Source of the DNA: an uncultured Clostridia bacterium
GTDB lineage: Bacteria; Bacillota; Clostridia; Oscillospirales; CAG-272
Direction: 5' to 3'
DNA length: 64,000 nt
Assembly (NCBI GenBank): GCA_944391805.1
Contig: CALXUY010000093.1
Span: 4,688-68,687 of the forward strand
Shown here: positions 26,105 through 35,400 of the stretch, in pieces
Position numbering within the stretch: position 1 is the first letter of the stretch
How the letters are laid out: each line of letters begins with the position of its first letter
The notes under the pieces: model-generated
What the model was told of the DNA's origin: nothing
The model's database searches: none
The model's input: only the letters and a program-made list of their open reading frames with translations
Made by a program: the position numbers and the translations under genes

Positions 26105-27235
26105 ATGAGATATGAAATCTTCCGGGACCACGTAAAGCTGTCAAAGCTGGGCTTGGGCGCGATGCGTCTGCCGCAAACCGAGCCGGGGTTTGCCAAGCCG
26201 ATTGATGTGCCGAAAGCGCGGGAACTGATTGATTACTGCATGGCACAGGGGGTGAATTACTATGACACCGCCTATATATATCATGGCGGTAACTTCGAGG
26301 TGGTGCTCGGACAGGCGCTGTCCGGATATCCCCGTGACAGCTATTATGTGGCCGATAAGTTCAATGTGCAGGCGAACCCGGATTACAGACTTCAGTTTCG
26401 GGAGCAGCGCACCAGGCTGGGCATGGAGTACATCGATTTTTATATGCTGCATGGCGTGACCGATCTGACGGTGCAGGCCTATGAGCAGTGCGGCTGTATC
26501 CCGTTCTTCCAGGAGCAGAAACGGTTGGGGCATATCCGGTACCTGGGCTTTTCCTTTCACGGTACGCCGGCCTGCCTACGCGAACTGCTGAAGAAGAACG
26601 GATGGGATTTTGTGCAGATACAGTTGAATTATTACGACTGGTTTGAGGGAACCGCAAAGGAACAATATGAGATTTTGCGGGAGCACGGAATCCCGATCAT
26701 GGTCATGGAGCCTGATCACGGGGGAATGCTGGCGAATCTCCCGGAGGAATGCCTGCGGCTGCTCCCGTCCGGCGGCGGTTCCCCTGCCGCGTGGGCCTTG
26801 CGATTCGTCATGCAGCTTCCCGGTGTGGCGGTTGTACTCAGCGGTATGTCCGATATGGAGCAGACGAAGGACAATGTGGCTACCGCGGCTTCCGGACAAC
26901 GCCTGTCAGATGAAGAGATCTCACGGCTGAAGCAGATCAGCGGCATGCTCCGCAAAAAAATTGCCGTTCCGTGCACGGCCTGTCGCTATTGCTGTGATAA
27001 CTGCCCCCAAGGGCTGGATATTCCCTCGCTGTTATCGGCTTATAATGAATATCGGGATGATGCCGCCACGCTGGGGAAGCCGGAAATGGCTGCATGGCGG
27101 CTGCTCCGGCTGAAGGCGCTTCCGGAAAACAAGCAGCCTGCGGCTTGTATCGGCTGCGGGAGCTGCACGGCGCACTGCCCGCAGGCGCTGGAAATTCCGA
27201 AATACCTGCAGGAAATGGCGGCGCTGCTGCAATGA
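26105..27235 (+). CDS. Aldo/keto reductase with a C-terminal 4Fe-4S dicluster domain
   Basis: LGLGAMRLP...YYDTAYIYHGG AKR motifs. C-terminal CTACRYCCDNCP and CIGCGSCTAHCP. SD AAAGGAG before ATG 26105. Confidence 0.8.
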   Translation: MRYEIFRDHVKLSKLGLGAMRLPQTEPGFAKPIDVPKARELIDYCMAQGVNYYDTAYIYHGGNFEVVLGQALSGYPRDSYYVADKFNVQANPDYRLQFREQRTRLGMEYIDFYMLHGVTDLTVQAYEQCGCIPFFQEQKRLGHIRYLGFSFHGTPACLRELLKKNGWDFVQIQLNYYDWFEGTAKEQYEILREHGIPIMVMEPDHGGMLANLPEECLRLLPSGGGSPAAWALRFVMQLPGVAVVLSGMSDMEQTKDNVATAASGQRLSDEEISRLKQISGMLRKKIAVPCTACRYCCDNCPQGLDIPSLLSAYNEYRDDAATLGKPEMAAWRLLRLKALPENKQPAACIGCGSCTAHCPQALEIPKYLQEMAALLQ

Positions 27236-27273
27236 ATAGGGTCGCCTGTGATGGTGCCTCCGGCATAAATAGA

Positions 27274-27312
27274 ACGGATATACGGTCCGAAAGGGCCGTA
27301 TATCCGTTTTTT
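27274..27312 (+). terminator. Rho-independent terminator
   Basis: Stem ACGGATATACGGTCC with loop GAAA, closed by GGGCCGTATATCCGT and followed by TTTTTT. Confidence 0.75.
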
Positions 27313-27736
27313 ACAGATTGTCCCCGCGAATGACAGGCGTCGGGATATGTGCGGGCAGGCGCTTATGGGCGTCCCACATTTTCAAAACCCACCTGCCGGG
27401 CAGAGCTGCCCGTACCTCCGCCGACGATTTTACAGTTATCATCAGGTGTTTGATTTGCCATGCGTTCGCGGGGGCTTCCGCTATGGCCGCGGGAGCTGCC
27501 GGTCACGGGCCATGCCGACCGCCGGAGATGTGGGGAATCGCGAGGGCTTTCGGATATGGTGAACAAGGTCCTCGGAGCATGACTTTGGGTTGCCGGGAGA
27601 GCTTGCCGGGCATGGCGGGGGATGCAGATGGCAGGAGATCTCGTCGGCGTAAAATGCGCTTGGGTTGAATGTATTTCTGCCGGTTCTTGTGACGTTTATA
27701 CAAAATACTGCACAAAACATTATCGATAATGTATAA

Positions 27737-27765
27737 TTGACAGAGCTGTTTTTTTGTGATATAAT
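27737..27765 (+). promoter_or_regulatory. Consensus SigA-type promoter (TTGACA-17-TATAAT)
   Basis: Exact hexamers at 27737-27742 and 27760-27765 in an AT-rich island upstream of the beta-helix gene. Confidence 0.55.
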
Positions 27766-27867
27766 GACAATACAAATCATGGCAAAAGGAGGAAAAGTGG
27801 ATGCTGTAACGATTCTGTCTGACCCTGCGCCCCACGAAAAAATTATCATGAAAAAAGGAGATCAAAC

Positions 27868-29529
27868 ATGAAAACAACCACCCGGCGCATTGCCGTTCTG
27901 GCAATGCTGGCCCTTTTGCTTACCCTCCCGTTTCCGGTTGCGGCATCGGGGCAGGAGGGCGATGCGGCAAAAATCGGAGACACCGTATATCAAAGCCTTC
28001 CCGACGCGGTTGCCGCTCTGCAGGCGGGGGATACCCTTGAGCTGCTCCGCGATGTGAACGTTGGCACGGCGCAGCTCTCCTTCAAGCAGTCTGTCACCGT
28101 CAAGGGGAACGGATTCACAATCACAAGCGAAAATACCGATTATGCCATCGTTCTGGAAAATGACATCGGAACGGTCGTTATGGAAAATCTGAAGCTGGCG
28201 GATGCCGTTGGCGGCGGCTTCAAGGTGCGCCGCGGGGTCTCGCTGACCCTCCGGGAGGTGTCGGTATCCAGCCAGAACGTGGCCGTTCTGTTCACCAATG
28301 CATCCGCGGACAGCTCGCTCCGGATCGAGGGGGGAAGCTATGTCTGTGAGAAGAACCTGATTCAGGCCGGTGACGACCTGACCGGGCGGAGCATCCGTAT
28401 TGACGGCGGCAGCTATTCCACCTCCGGCGGCACACTGCTGTATGCGCAGAATGCCGACGTCACCATCAATGGCGGCGTGTTCCGCAATACCGGCTCGTCC
28501 CACTCGGTGACTGCCAGAGGAAGCACGGTTCTGCGTGTCACCGGAGGCGCTGTCATCAATGAGAACGCCGAGTCCACCGCTGCGGTATTCAATCTGGCGG
28601 ATTCCTCGGTTGCGCAGATCTACGACGGTTACTTTTACAACGGAGGGAAGGGACGCGCCCTGACCACCGAGGGGACCTCCGCCGCGGCCATGCAGGAAAT
28701 TGCCCTTTACGGCGGCAGCTTTGTTGTGACGGCCACCGGCGCCTGCGTGCGCTCGGACGATTCCCTGCGTCCGCTGGCCATTTACGGCGGCTCCTACTTC
28801 AATTACGGGGGTGACTGGGCGACCGCCGGAAGCTGCACTCTCCATGGGGGCTACCTGTTTGCCGTAAAGGCGCTCAACAGCAGCGGCAGCGTTACCAGCG
28901 ACAATGCGGCGCGGAATGCGGACGGCAGCCTGATGATGATGGACGGTCTTTATTGCAGGCTGGCGGACGGGGTTCCGGATACCAAGACCGGCGCCTCTGC
29001 CCGTCTGGTGGAGGGAAGCAACGGGATCCGGTTTGAATCCGTCATTCCCAAGGCCGCGCTGGATTATGCCGAGAGTCTGAAGGACGCGGGCACCGAGATC
29101 ACCTACGGTACCGTGATCTGCCCGACGGATTACCTTTCGGATGTGCGGGGCATGAGCATGGCTGCCATCGAGGCTTCCGGTGGAACCTATGAAAATATCC
29201 CCGGGGTGGAGGGGGTCAGCACCGATGAGGAGGGCAACGTCACACTGCGTGCGGCGCTGGTCAACCTGCAGACCGAAAACATCGGGCGCGATTTTTCGGC
29301 GGTGAGTTATCTTTCCTATGTGCGCGATGGGGCTACGGTGTATCTCTATGGGCTGTACCTGGAGGCAGACCACAGCCGCAGCATGGCGCAGGTGGCAGAG
29401 TCCGCGCTTGCCGACGTGAAAGCGCAGGCGGACGCAGTGTATCAATACGAATACAACGGCGCTTTCAGCCCTTACACGGAGGCACAGCGTGCCGTTCTGG
29501 AGGGGTATCTGGACGCTGTGGCCGAATAA
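27868..29529 (+). CDS. Secreted right-handed beta-helix repeat protein
   Basis: Signal peptide (LTLPFPVAASG). About eight periodic [IL]xGG[SAVY][YF] turns (IEGGSY, IDGGSY, INGGVF, VTGGAV, LYGGSF, IYGGSY, LHGGYL). Confidence 0.65.
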   Translation: MKTTTRRIAVLAMLALLLTLPFPVAASGQEGDAAKIGDTVYQSLPDAVAALQAGDTLELLRDVNVGTAQLSFKQSVTVKGNGFTITSENTDYAIVLENDIGTVVMENLKLADAVGGGFKVRRGVSLTLREVSVSSQNVAVLFTNASADSSLRIEGGSYVCEKNLIQAGDDLTGRSIRIDGGSYSTSGGTLLYAQNADVTINGGVFRNTGSSHSVTARGSTVLRVTGGAVINENAESTAAVFNLADSSVAQIYDGYFYNGGKGRALTTEGTSAAAMQEIALYGGSFVVTATGACVRSDDSLRPLAIYGGSYFNYGGDWATAGSCTLHGGYLFAVKALNSSGSVTSDNAARNADGSLMMMDGLYCRLADGVPDTKTGASARLVEGSNGIRFESVIPKAALDYAESLKDAGTEITYGTVICPTDYLSDVRGMSMAAIEASGGTYENIPGVEGVSTDEEGNVTLRAALVNLQTENIGRDFSAVSYLSYVRDGATVYLYGLYLEADHSRSMAQVAESALADVKAQADAVYQYEYNGAFSPYTEAQRAVLEGYLDAVAE

Positions 29530-29548
29530 GAAAAGCGAGGTGAAAATC

Positions 29549-29671
29549 ATGAAAATATACCAACACCCGGAGCTGCTCCGGCTGGTGCCCGATCCTGTCG
29601 ACATCCTCACAAGCTCCTCCGGGGTGCTTGCGGATGATATTGCGGACGACAGGTTTGATCCGATCGGATAA
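29549..29671 (+). CDS. Micro-ORF, 40 aa (MKIYQHPELLRLVPDPVDILTSSSGVLADDIADDRFDPIG)
   Basis: SD GAGGTG 6 nt upstream. It starts 19 nt after the upstream stop, and its own stop abuts the SD of the next gene. Too short for the 60-aa ORF track cutoff; the track lists a longer upstream start. Confidence 0.45.
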   Translation: MKIYQHPELLRLVPDPVDILTSSSGVLADDIADDRFDPIG

Positions 29672-29683
29672 AAGGAGGATACC

Positions 29684-31177
29684 ATGGCAAAAAAATGCAG
29701 AAGCATTCTTTGGCTGCTGGCGCTTTCGGTTCTGCTCGGCGTGCTTGCCGGGTGCAGCCGCGGAGAGGACAATCCATCTGCCGGCACCGGAACGGCCGAC
29801 GGAGCTTCCTCCGGAGACGGGGAGACTGCGGCGGGAGAAAACCCGGAGGGGCAGCCCCCGCTGCGCGAGCTGCCCGAAATGGACTTTGAAAACTACACCT
29901 TCCGCATCCTCATGCGCAACAGCAGCGTTCATCAGTCCGACATTTTTGCCGACGAGAGCAGCGGTGACGCGGTGGACAACGCCGTTTTCCTGCGGAATGA
30001 GGCTGTATCCGAGCGCTACAACGTACAGTTCGAGCTGATTGCCTCGTCCTCAGGCAATGACGACAGCGACGGGATTCCGGTGATTCTTTCGGGAACCGAC
30101 GCCTATGATCTGGTGGCTCCCCACGGCAGGCGCTGCATCACCTATGCGATGAATGACTGCTGTGTGGACTGGTACAGCCTGCCCTATCTCAACCTGACCT
30201 ATGACTGGTGGGCACAGGGGGCGCGCAATTCCTTTACCTTCAACGATACGCTGCTGTTTATGACCGGCGATATGAGCCATCTCTCGGTTGCCGCCTCCTA
30301 TGTGATGATGTTCAACAAGGACATTCTCACGGCAAACGAAATCGCCCATCCCTATGACGACGTCAAAAACGGGAGCTGGACCTTTGAGAGGATGTCCGAA
30401 ATTGCCCTGCAGTGCGCGCAGGATATGGACGGCGACGACGTCTGCCTGCTGGACAGCTCCACCGATGTGCTCGGGTACGCAACCTACCCTTGGGGAGGCA
30501 CCTACTGCGCCTTCTTCGCCTCGGGCTCCCGCATTCTCTCAAGGGATGAGAACGGGATGCCGATTATCACCATTGCGTCCGAAACCGCCTATGACGCGCT
30601 GAACGACTTTTTCACGCTGGCAACCAGCGCCTCCTGTCATCTCGACACGGATGATTCCAACGCCAAGCTGGTTCCTGCCATGACCGGCAACCGCATCGTG
30701 TTTCATGACTGCCCGCTCAACGACGTGGTGCGGAACTACCGCAAAACCGACCTGAACTACGGGATCGTTCCGTTCCCAAAGACCGCGGAGGTGGAGGACT
30801 ATGCCAGCCATGTTGCCGGCGCGTACAATGTGTTTCTCATTCCCAGAACCTCACCGGATACCGGGCGTACCGCGGTGATTCTCGAGGCGCTCTGTCAGGA
30901 GGGCAGCAAATCCGTGATCCCGGTTTACTATGATTCGGTTGTGGCCGGCAAATCCATGCGCGACGAGCAGTCGTATGAAATGCTGCCCATCATCTCGGCG
31001 AGCCGCCTGTATGACTTCGGATATTATGACATTGAGCTGCCCGGCATGAGCAACCTGATGGAGCAGTTGGCAAAAAAGAACCGCTCGGCCGCCGAGTTTT
31101 ACTCGATGTACAACCAGCGGCTCAATGAAGCGCAGGAGCATTTGCAGGAGCTGGTGGCACTCTACTCCAAATACTGA
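29684..31177 (+). CDS. Orphan extracellular solute-binding-protein-like lipoprotein
   Basis: Lipobox LGVLAGC. The size and pattern fit large Firmicutes sugar SBPs. It is a paralog of 44073-45533. No permease or ATPase genes are adjacent. Confidence 0.55.
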   Translation: MAKKCRSILWLLALSVLLGVLAGCSRGEDNPSAGTGTADGASSGDGETAAGENPEGQPPLRELPEMDFENYTFRILMRNSSVHQSDIFADESSGDAVDNAVFLRNEAVSERYNVQFELIASSSGNDDSDGIPVILSGTDAYDLVAPHGRRCITYAMNDCCVDWYSLPYLNLTYDWWAQGARNSFTFNDTLLFMTGDMSHLSVAASYVMMFNKDILTANEIAHPYDDVKNGSWTFERMSEIALQCAQDMDGDDVCLLDSSTDVLGYATYPWGGTYCAFFASGSRILSRDENGMPIITIASETAYDALNDFFTLATSASCHLDTDDSNAKLVPAMTGNRIVFHDCPLNDVVRNYRKTDLNYGIVPFPKTAEVEDYASHVAGAYNVFLIPRTSPDTGRTAVILEALCQEGSKSVIPVYYDSVVAGKSMRDEQSYEMLPIISASRLYDFGYYDIELPGMSNLMEQLAKKNRSAAEFYSMYNQRLNEAQEHLQELVALYSKY

Positions 31178-31208
31178 CCTGTATCCCACGAAAGGCATGG
31201 TAAGTCTT

Positions 31209-33074
31209 ATGAAATACGCAAAACCGCTGATGCTGCTCTGCCTGCTGCTGGCCGTGCTGCTCTCTCTCCCGGCCTGTACCGGGGGAGGGGAGATCCCCTT
31301 GGAGAGCGAAACCGATGCGGAGACGGTTCCAGATTCCGGTGCTGCCGCACCGCCGACGGTGCTGGAGCTGGTGAAGGACGGCAGAAGCGACTACCGCATC
31401 GTCTATGCCGACGACGCCTCGGAGGCGATCCGGGAGCTGGCGCGGGCCTTACAGCAGGCCATACGCGACTGTACCGGCGCGACCGTTCTGCTCTCGGCAG
31501 AGGAGGATACCGTCGGCGGCAGCGACGCAAAGGAAATTCTGATCGGCCCCACCACGCGCGCCGAATCGCAGGCAGTGCTGGAACGGCTGCCGGGCTATCT
31601 CGACTATGCGGTGGAGGCCAGCGGAAGCAAGCTGGTGCTTGCCGGGCAAAACGACGAGGCAACCGTGCGCTGCGTCTACTATTTCATCAATCAGTATCTG
31701 AAATCCGAGGGCGATTCGGACGTGTCCGAGCTCACCTTCTCATCCGAGGAAAATTATATGTATCACTACAGTTATCCCATGAAAGACCTGTCGGTGCTCG
31801 GCCATCCGCTCTCGGATTACCGGCTGGTGATTCCCGCAGAGGCCGGCATCACAGAGCTGCGGTTCGCCAATTATTATCGCAACTATCTCGGCCAGATGAC
31901 CGGCGTAAACCTGCAGATTGTGAGCGACACCGAGCCCGCGGCCGATTGCGAGATCCGTATCGGCGCTACCTCGCGCACCGGGTCGACGGTGGAACGTTAC
32001 GAATATGCCGTGACCGTCACGGGCGACAGCGTGGAAATTCTGGCCGACTCGCTCTATGGCTACGAGGCCGCGTATGTGTACGCCCAGAATCAGCTCCTCT
32101 CCGACCTGCGGAAGGCCGAGCCGGACTGCGGCGAGCTGGTCAGCGTGGATATCCGCTCCTCCCTGAGCGGGGGGACCGAGCACATCCTGCAAAAATCCGG
32201 CGATCTGCGCATCATGTACCACAACATCTGGGGGTGGAATGAGAGCGAAACCAACCCAACCGACCAGCGCAACCGGATGCTGGCGGCAACCTACCTCGAA
32301 TACATGCCGGACGTGCTTTGCCTGCAGGAATGCACCATGATGATGCGGAACAGCGAAAAATACCCGATTGCCCAGACCCTGAAGGAAGCGGGCTATGAGG
32401 AGGTATCGGCCGCGCCGGTAACGACAACCGCCACGCCAATCCTCTACCGCACCAATGTTCTGAAGCTGATTGCCTCGGGAGCGCATAAATTCGAGGTCGG
32501 CGGCGGGGATGACAAATACGCTACATGGGCGGTGTTTGAAACCAAGGCCGATGGACAGCGGTTTGCCGTGGTTTCGGTTCACCTTGCCTATCAGCAGACC
32601 GCGGAGGGCAATTCCTGGCGCTATGAGCAGGTCGGCACGGTCTCCGAGCTGGTTGCGCAGCTACAGAGCACCTATGCCTGCCCGGTCATCACCGGCGGGG
32701 ATATGAACTGCACCACAACCAGCGACCCGTACAAACGCTATCTCGAAAACGGCTTTGCGGATGTACAGACCCTCGCGGCCGAAACCGACGACAGCAACAC
32801 CAATTTCGGCTACCCCTCGTTCAGCAGCGCGATCGGGATGTTTGAGCGCCCGTCGGTCGGAGGCGGCAGCTACCGGAACGACGCCATCGATCATGTGTTT
32901 GCGTCGGGCAGCGGCCTGCGCTTTGATCTGTTTGACATTGTAACCGACAATTATGTGCTCTGCGCCTCGGATCATACCCCTCTGCTGGTGGATTTCTCGT
33001 TTGACGAGAACGCAGGAACGTCCGGTCCGCAGGAGCCGATCACAGAGGACAGCGAGTGGACATGGCGGTATTGA
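31209..33074 (+). CDS. Lipoprotein with two tandem N-terminal modules and a C-terminal endonuclease/exonuclease/phosphatase (EEP) domain
   Basis: Lipobox LSLPAC. EEP motifs: IMYHNIWGW, LCLQEC, VSVHL, GGDMNC, SDHTPLLVDF. The start could also be ATG 31197. Confidence 0.7.
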   Translation: MKYAKPLMLLCLLLAVLLSLPACTGGGEIPLESETDAETVPDSGAAAPPTVLELVKDGRSDYRIVYADDASEAIRELARALQQAIRDCTGATVLLSAEEDTVGGSDAKEILIGPTTRAESQAVLERLPGYLDYAVEASGSKLVLAGQNDEATVRCVYYFINQYLKSEGDSDVSELTFSSEENYMYHYSYPMKDLSVLGHPLSDYRLVIPAEAGITELRFANYYRNYLGQMTGVNLQIVSDTEPAADCEIRIGATSRTGSTVERYEYAVTVTGDSVEILADSLYGYEAAYVYAQNQLLSDLRKAEPDCGELVSVDIRSSLSGGTEHILQKSGDLRIMYHNIWGWNESETNPTDQRNRMLAATYLEYMPDVLCLQECTMMMRNSEKYPIAQTLKEAGYEEVSAAPVTTTATPILYRTNVLKLIASGAHKFEVGGGDDKYATWAVFETKADGQRFAVVSVHLAYQQTAEGNSWRYEQVGTVSELVAQLQSTYACPVITGGDMNCTTTSDPYKRYLENGFADVQTLAAETDDSNTNFGYPSFSSAIGMFERPSVGGGSYRNDAIDHVFASGSGLRFDLFDIVTDNYVLCASDHTPLLVDFSFDENAGTSGPQEPITEDSEWTWRY

Positions 33075-33118
33075 GCTTCCGCTCCGGCGTCGTCCGGCAG
33101 CAGTAAACCAAAAAACAT

Positions 33119-33159
33119 GCCCCGTCCGCCGTTCCGAAAACCGGAACGGCGGACGGGGC
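33119..33159. terminator. Bidirectional hairpin; a T-tract is present on the minus strand
   Basis: Perfect 18-bp stem: GCCCCGTCCGCCGTTCCG pairs with CGGAACGGCGGACGGGGC. On the minus strand it is followed by TTTTTTGG. Confidence 0.65.
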
Positions 33160-33300
33160 AATATGACAGGCCGATGACGGAACGGGTGCAGCGATGCAAA
33201 CACATCCGGAGGGCCTGGATTTTTATGCGAGGCAGCGAGCCATCGCTCATCTGCTCACACGAAGGAGGGAGGCACTGGGAAAGCCGCAAAGTGCAGGCGG

Positions 33301-33843
33301 TTATTCCGGCAGCGCAAACTTCCGGATTTCCTCCACAAGAGGCTGCAGGGACCGGTCATCCACAAAATCCACCCTCGATTGATATGTCTCCAGCATTGCC
33401 CGGTCCTCGGCTGTCTTTTGGCTCTCCGGGAGGTGCCTGACCCGGTGATATAAAAGCGCCATCATGGTTTTGTGCTTCAGGCTCAGCCTTTGGTAATCGA
33501 TGCCGCCTCTCAAATGAAACATTTTCGTTCGGCGGAAAAGCGCTTCGGGAAGCTGCTTTTGTATGGATTGCCGGATGCGGGCCGTATTTTCCGGATCGCT
33601 GACGTCCGCCAGCCCAACCGTTGCAACGATCAGCCCGGCGGAATCGCGCAAGGCCTTCACAGTGTGCTTCAGACCCATCACACCGCCCGCGTACAGACCG
33701 CCGAAATGCACCACAAGGTCGTAGTCGGTCAAATCCGTCACTTCCTCGTAATTGATGAAGGGCAGATCGGTCAGCTCGGAACATTTTTGTGCGTATCGTT
33801 TGGTTGTTCCGTACTGGCTGCCATAGACAATCAGAATCCGCAT
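33301..33843 (-). CDS. Flavodoxin-domain protein
   Basis: MRILIVYGSQYGTTKRYA N-terminus. ATG 33843 has a GGAG SD 9 nt upstream. Confidence 0.75.
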   Translation of the reverse strand: MRILIVYGSQYGTTKRYAQKCSELTDLPFINYEEVTDLTDYDLVVHFGGLYAGGVMGLKHTVKALRDSAGLIVATVGLADVSDPENTARIRQSIQKQLPEALFRRTKMFHLRGGIDYQRLSLKHKTMMALLYHRVRHLPESQKTAEDRAMLETYQSRVDFVDDRSLQPLVEEIRKFALPE

Positions 33844-34029
33844 ATGTGTTTGCTCCATGATATAGGTATGCCCGGCACAGACTGTTTGACGGCAAGATTC
33901 CGTATCCATACTGCGGAATGAATGGGGCCGACCGGGGAAGGCTCCCGAAAGAGCGGGCTTGCAGGAGGGGGAGAAAGCCTCCTGCGGCGCATCTCCCCCT
34001 CCAATGGATAACCGGGCTTTTGCTTCGGT

Positions 34030-35388
34030 TCAGTTCTTGAGACTGTGTATCGGCGCGGGAATGCGGCCGCCGCGGCGGATGAATTTCGCCGGGGAATAGC
34101 TGTTCAACGGCATCACCGGCGCGCGGCCGAGCAGACCGCCAAAGCTGACGCTCTCGCCGGCTGTCTTTCCGTAGGCCGGAATCAGTCGCACCGCCGTGGT
34201 CTTGTTGTTGGCGACGCCGATCGAAATTTCGTCGGCGATGATGCCGCTGATCACCTCCTCCGGCGTGTCGCCGGGCACGGCAATCATGTCCAGCCCAACC
34301 GAGCAGACCGCGGTCATGGCCTCCAGCTTTTCCAGCGTCAGGGCGCCGCGCTCGGCGGCAGCGATCATGCCCGCGTCCTCCGAGACCGGGATGAAGGCGC
34401 CCGAAAGCCCGCCCACGTGCGAGGAGGCCATTACACCGCCCTTCTTGACCGCATCGTTGAGCATGGCCAGTGCCGCCGTAGTGCCGTGCGCGCCGCAGGA
34501 CTCCAGCCCCATCTCCTCAAGAATATAGGCGACCGAATCCCCGACCGCCGGCGTGGGCGCAAGCGAGAGATCCACAATCCCGAACGGAACGCCCAGCCGC
34601 CGCGCGGCTTCGCTGGCCACAAGCTGACCCACCCGGGTGATTTTGAAGGCCGTCTTTTTGATGACCTCCGCCAGCTCCGAGAGGTCGCAATCTCCGGCGC
34701 GGCGGATGGCCGAGGCCACCACGCCCGGCCCGCTGACCCCCACGTTGACCGCGGTTTCGGGTTCTCCCACCCCGCAGAAGGCGCCGGCCATGAACGGGTT
34801 GTCCTCGGGCACATTGGCAAACACCACCAGCTTGGCACAGCCGATCGACTGCTCCTCCCGCGTCAGATATGCCGCCCGCTTGATGACATTGCCCATGCGC
34901 GCCACCGCGTCCATGTTGATGCCGGCCTTGGTGCTGGCTACGTTGACCGATGAGCAGATGTTGCGGGTTTCTGCCAGCGCCTCGGGAATGACCGAAATGA
35001 GGCGGTCGGCCCCCACGGTCATGCCCTTCTGCACCAATGCCGAAAAGCCGCCGAGAAAGTTGACCCCCACCGCATCGGCGGCGCGCTGGAGGGCCTGCGC
35101 GATTCTGAGGTAGCCCTCGGGGGAGGTATCCCCACCGATCAGGGAGACCGGCGTCACCGACACCCGCTTGTTGACAATCGGGATGCCGTATTGCTTTTCA
35201 ATCTCCTGCCCGACCGCCACGAGATGCTCGGCGCGGCGGGTGATTTTGTCGTAGATGCGATCGCAGAGCCGCCCGACGTCCTCGCTCACGCAGTCCCAGA
35301 GCGAGATGCCCATGGTCACGGTGCGGATGTCGAGATTCTCCTCGCGGATCATCTGTATGGTTTCCAGAACGTCCTGTGTATTGATCAT
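34030..35388 (-). CDS. UPF0210 / PFL-family protein (DUF711)
   Basis: [30 protein letters not shown] is the characteristic UPF0210 N-terminus. It is paired with the upstream ACT gene. Confidence 0.85.
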   Translation of the reverse strand: MINTQDVLETIQMIREENLDIRTVTMGISLWDCVSEDVGRLCDRIYDKITRRAEHLVAVGQEIEKQYGIPIVNKRVSVTPVSLIGGDTSPEGYLRIAQALQRAADAVGVNFLGGFSALVQKGMTVGADRLISVIPEALAETRNICSSVNVASTKAGINMDAVARMGNVIKRAAYLTREEQSIGCAKLVVFANVPEDNPFMAGAFCGVGEPETAVNVGVSGPGVVASAIRRAGDCDLSELAEVIKKTAFKITRVGQLVASEAARRLGVPFGIVDLSLAPTPAVGDSVAYILEEMGLESCGAHGTTAALAMLNDAVKKGGVMASSHVGGLSGAFIPVSEDAGMIAAAERGALTLEKLEAMTAVCSVGLDMIAVPGDTPEEVISGIIADEISIGVANNKTTAVRLIPAYGKTAGESVSFGGLLGRAPVMPLNSYSPAKFIRRGGRIPAPIHSLKN

Positions 35389-35400
35389 CGGGTGGCCTCC

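Noticed and set aside
27318-27668. 116-aa ORF on the plus strand in the GC-rich spacer
   Set aside because: It has no SD, an Arg/Gly/Cys/Ala-rich sequence and no motif. It starts inside the terminator tail of the upstream gene.
27862-29787. 641-aa ORF on the minus strand
   Set aside because: It is antisense to the beta-helix gene, which has a signal peptide, periodic repeats, an SD and a consensus promoter.
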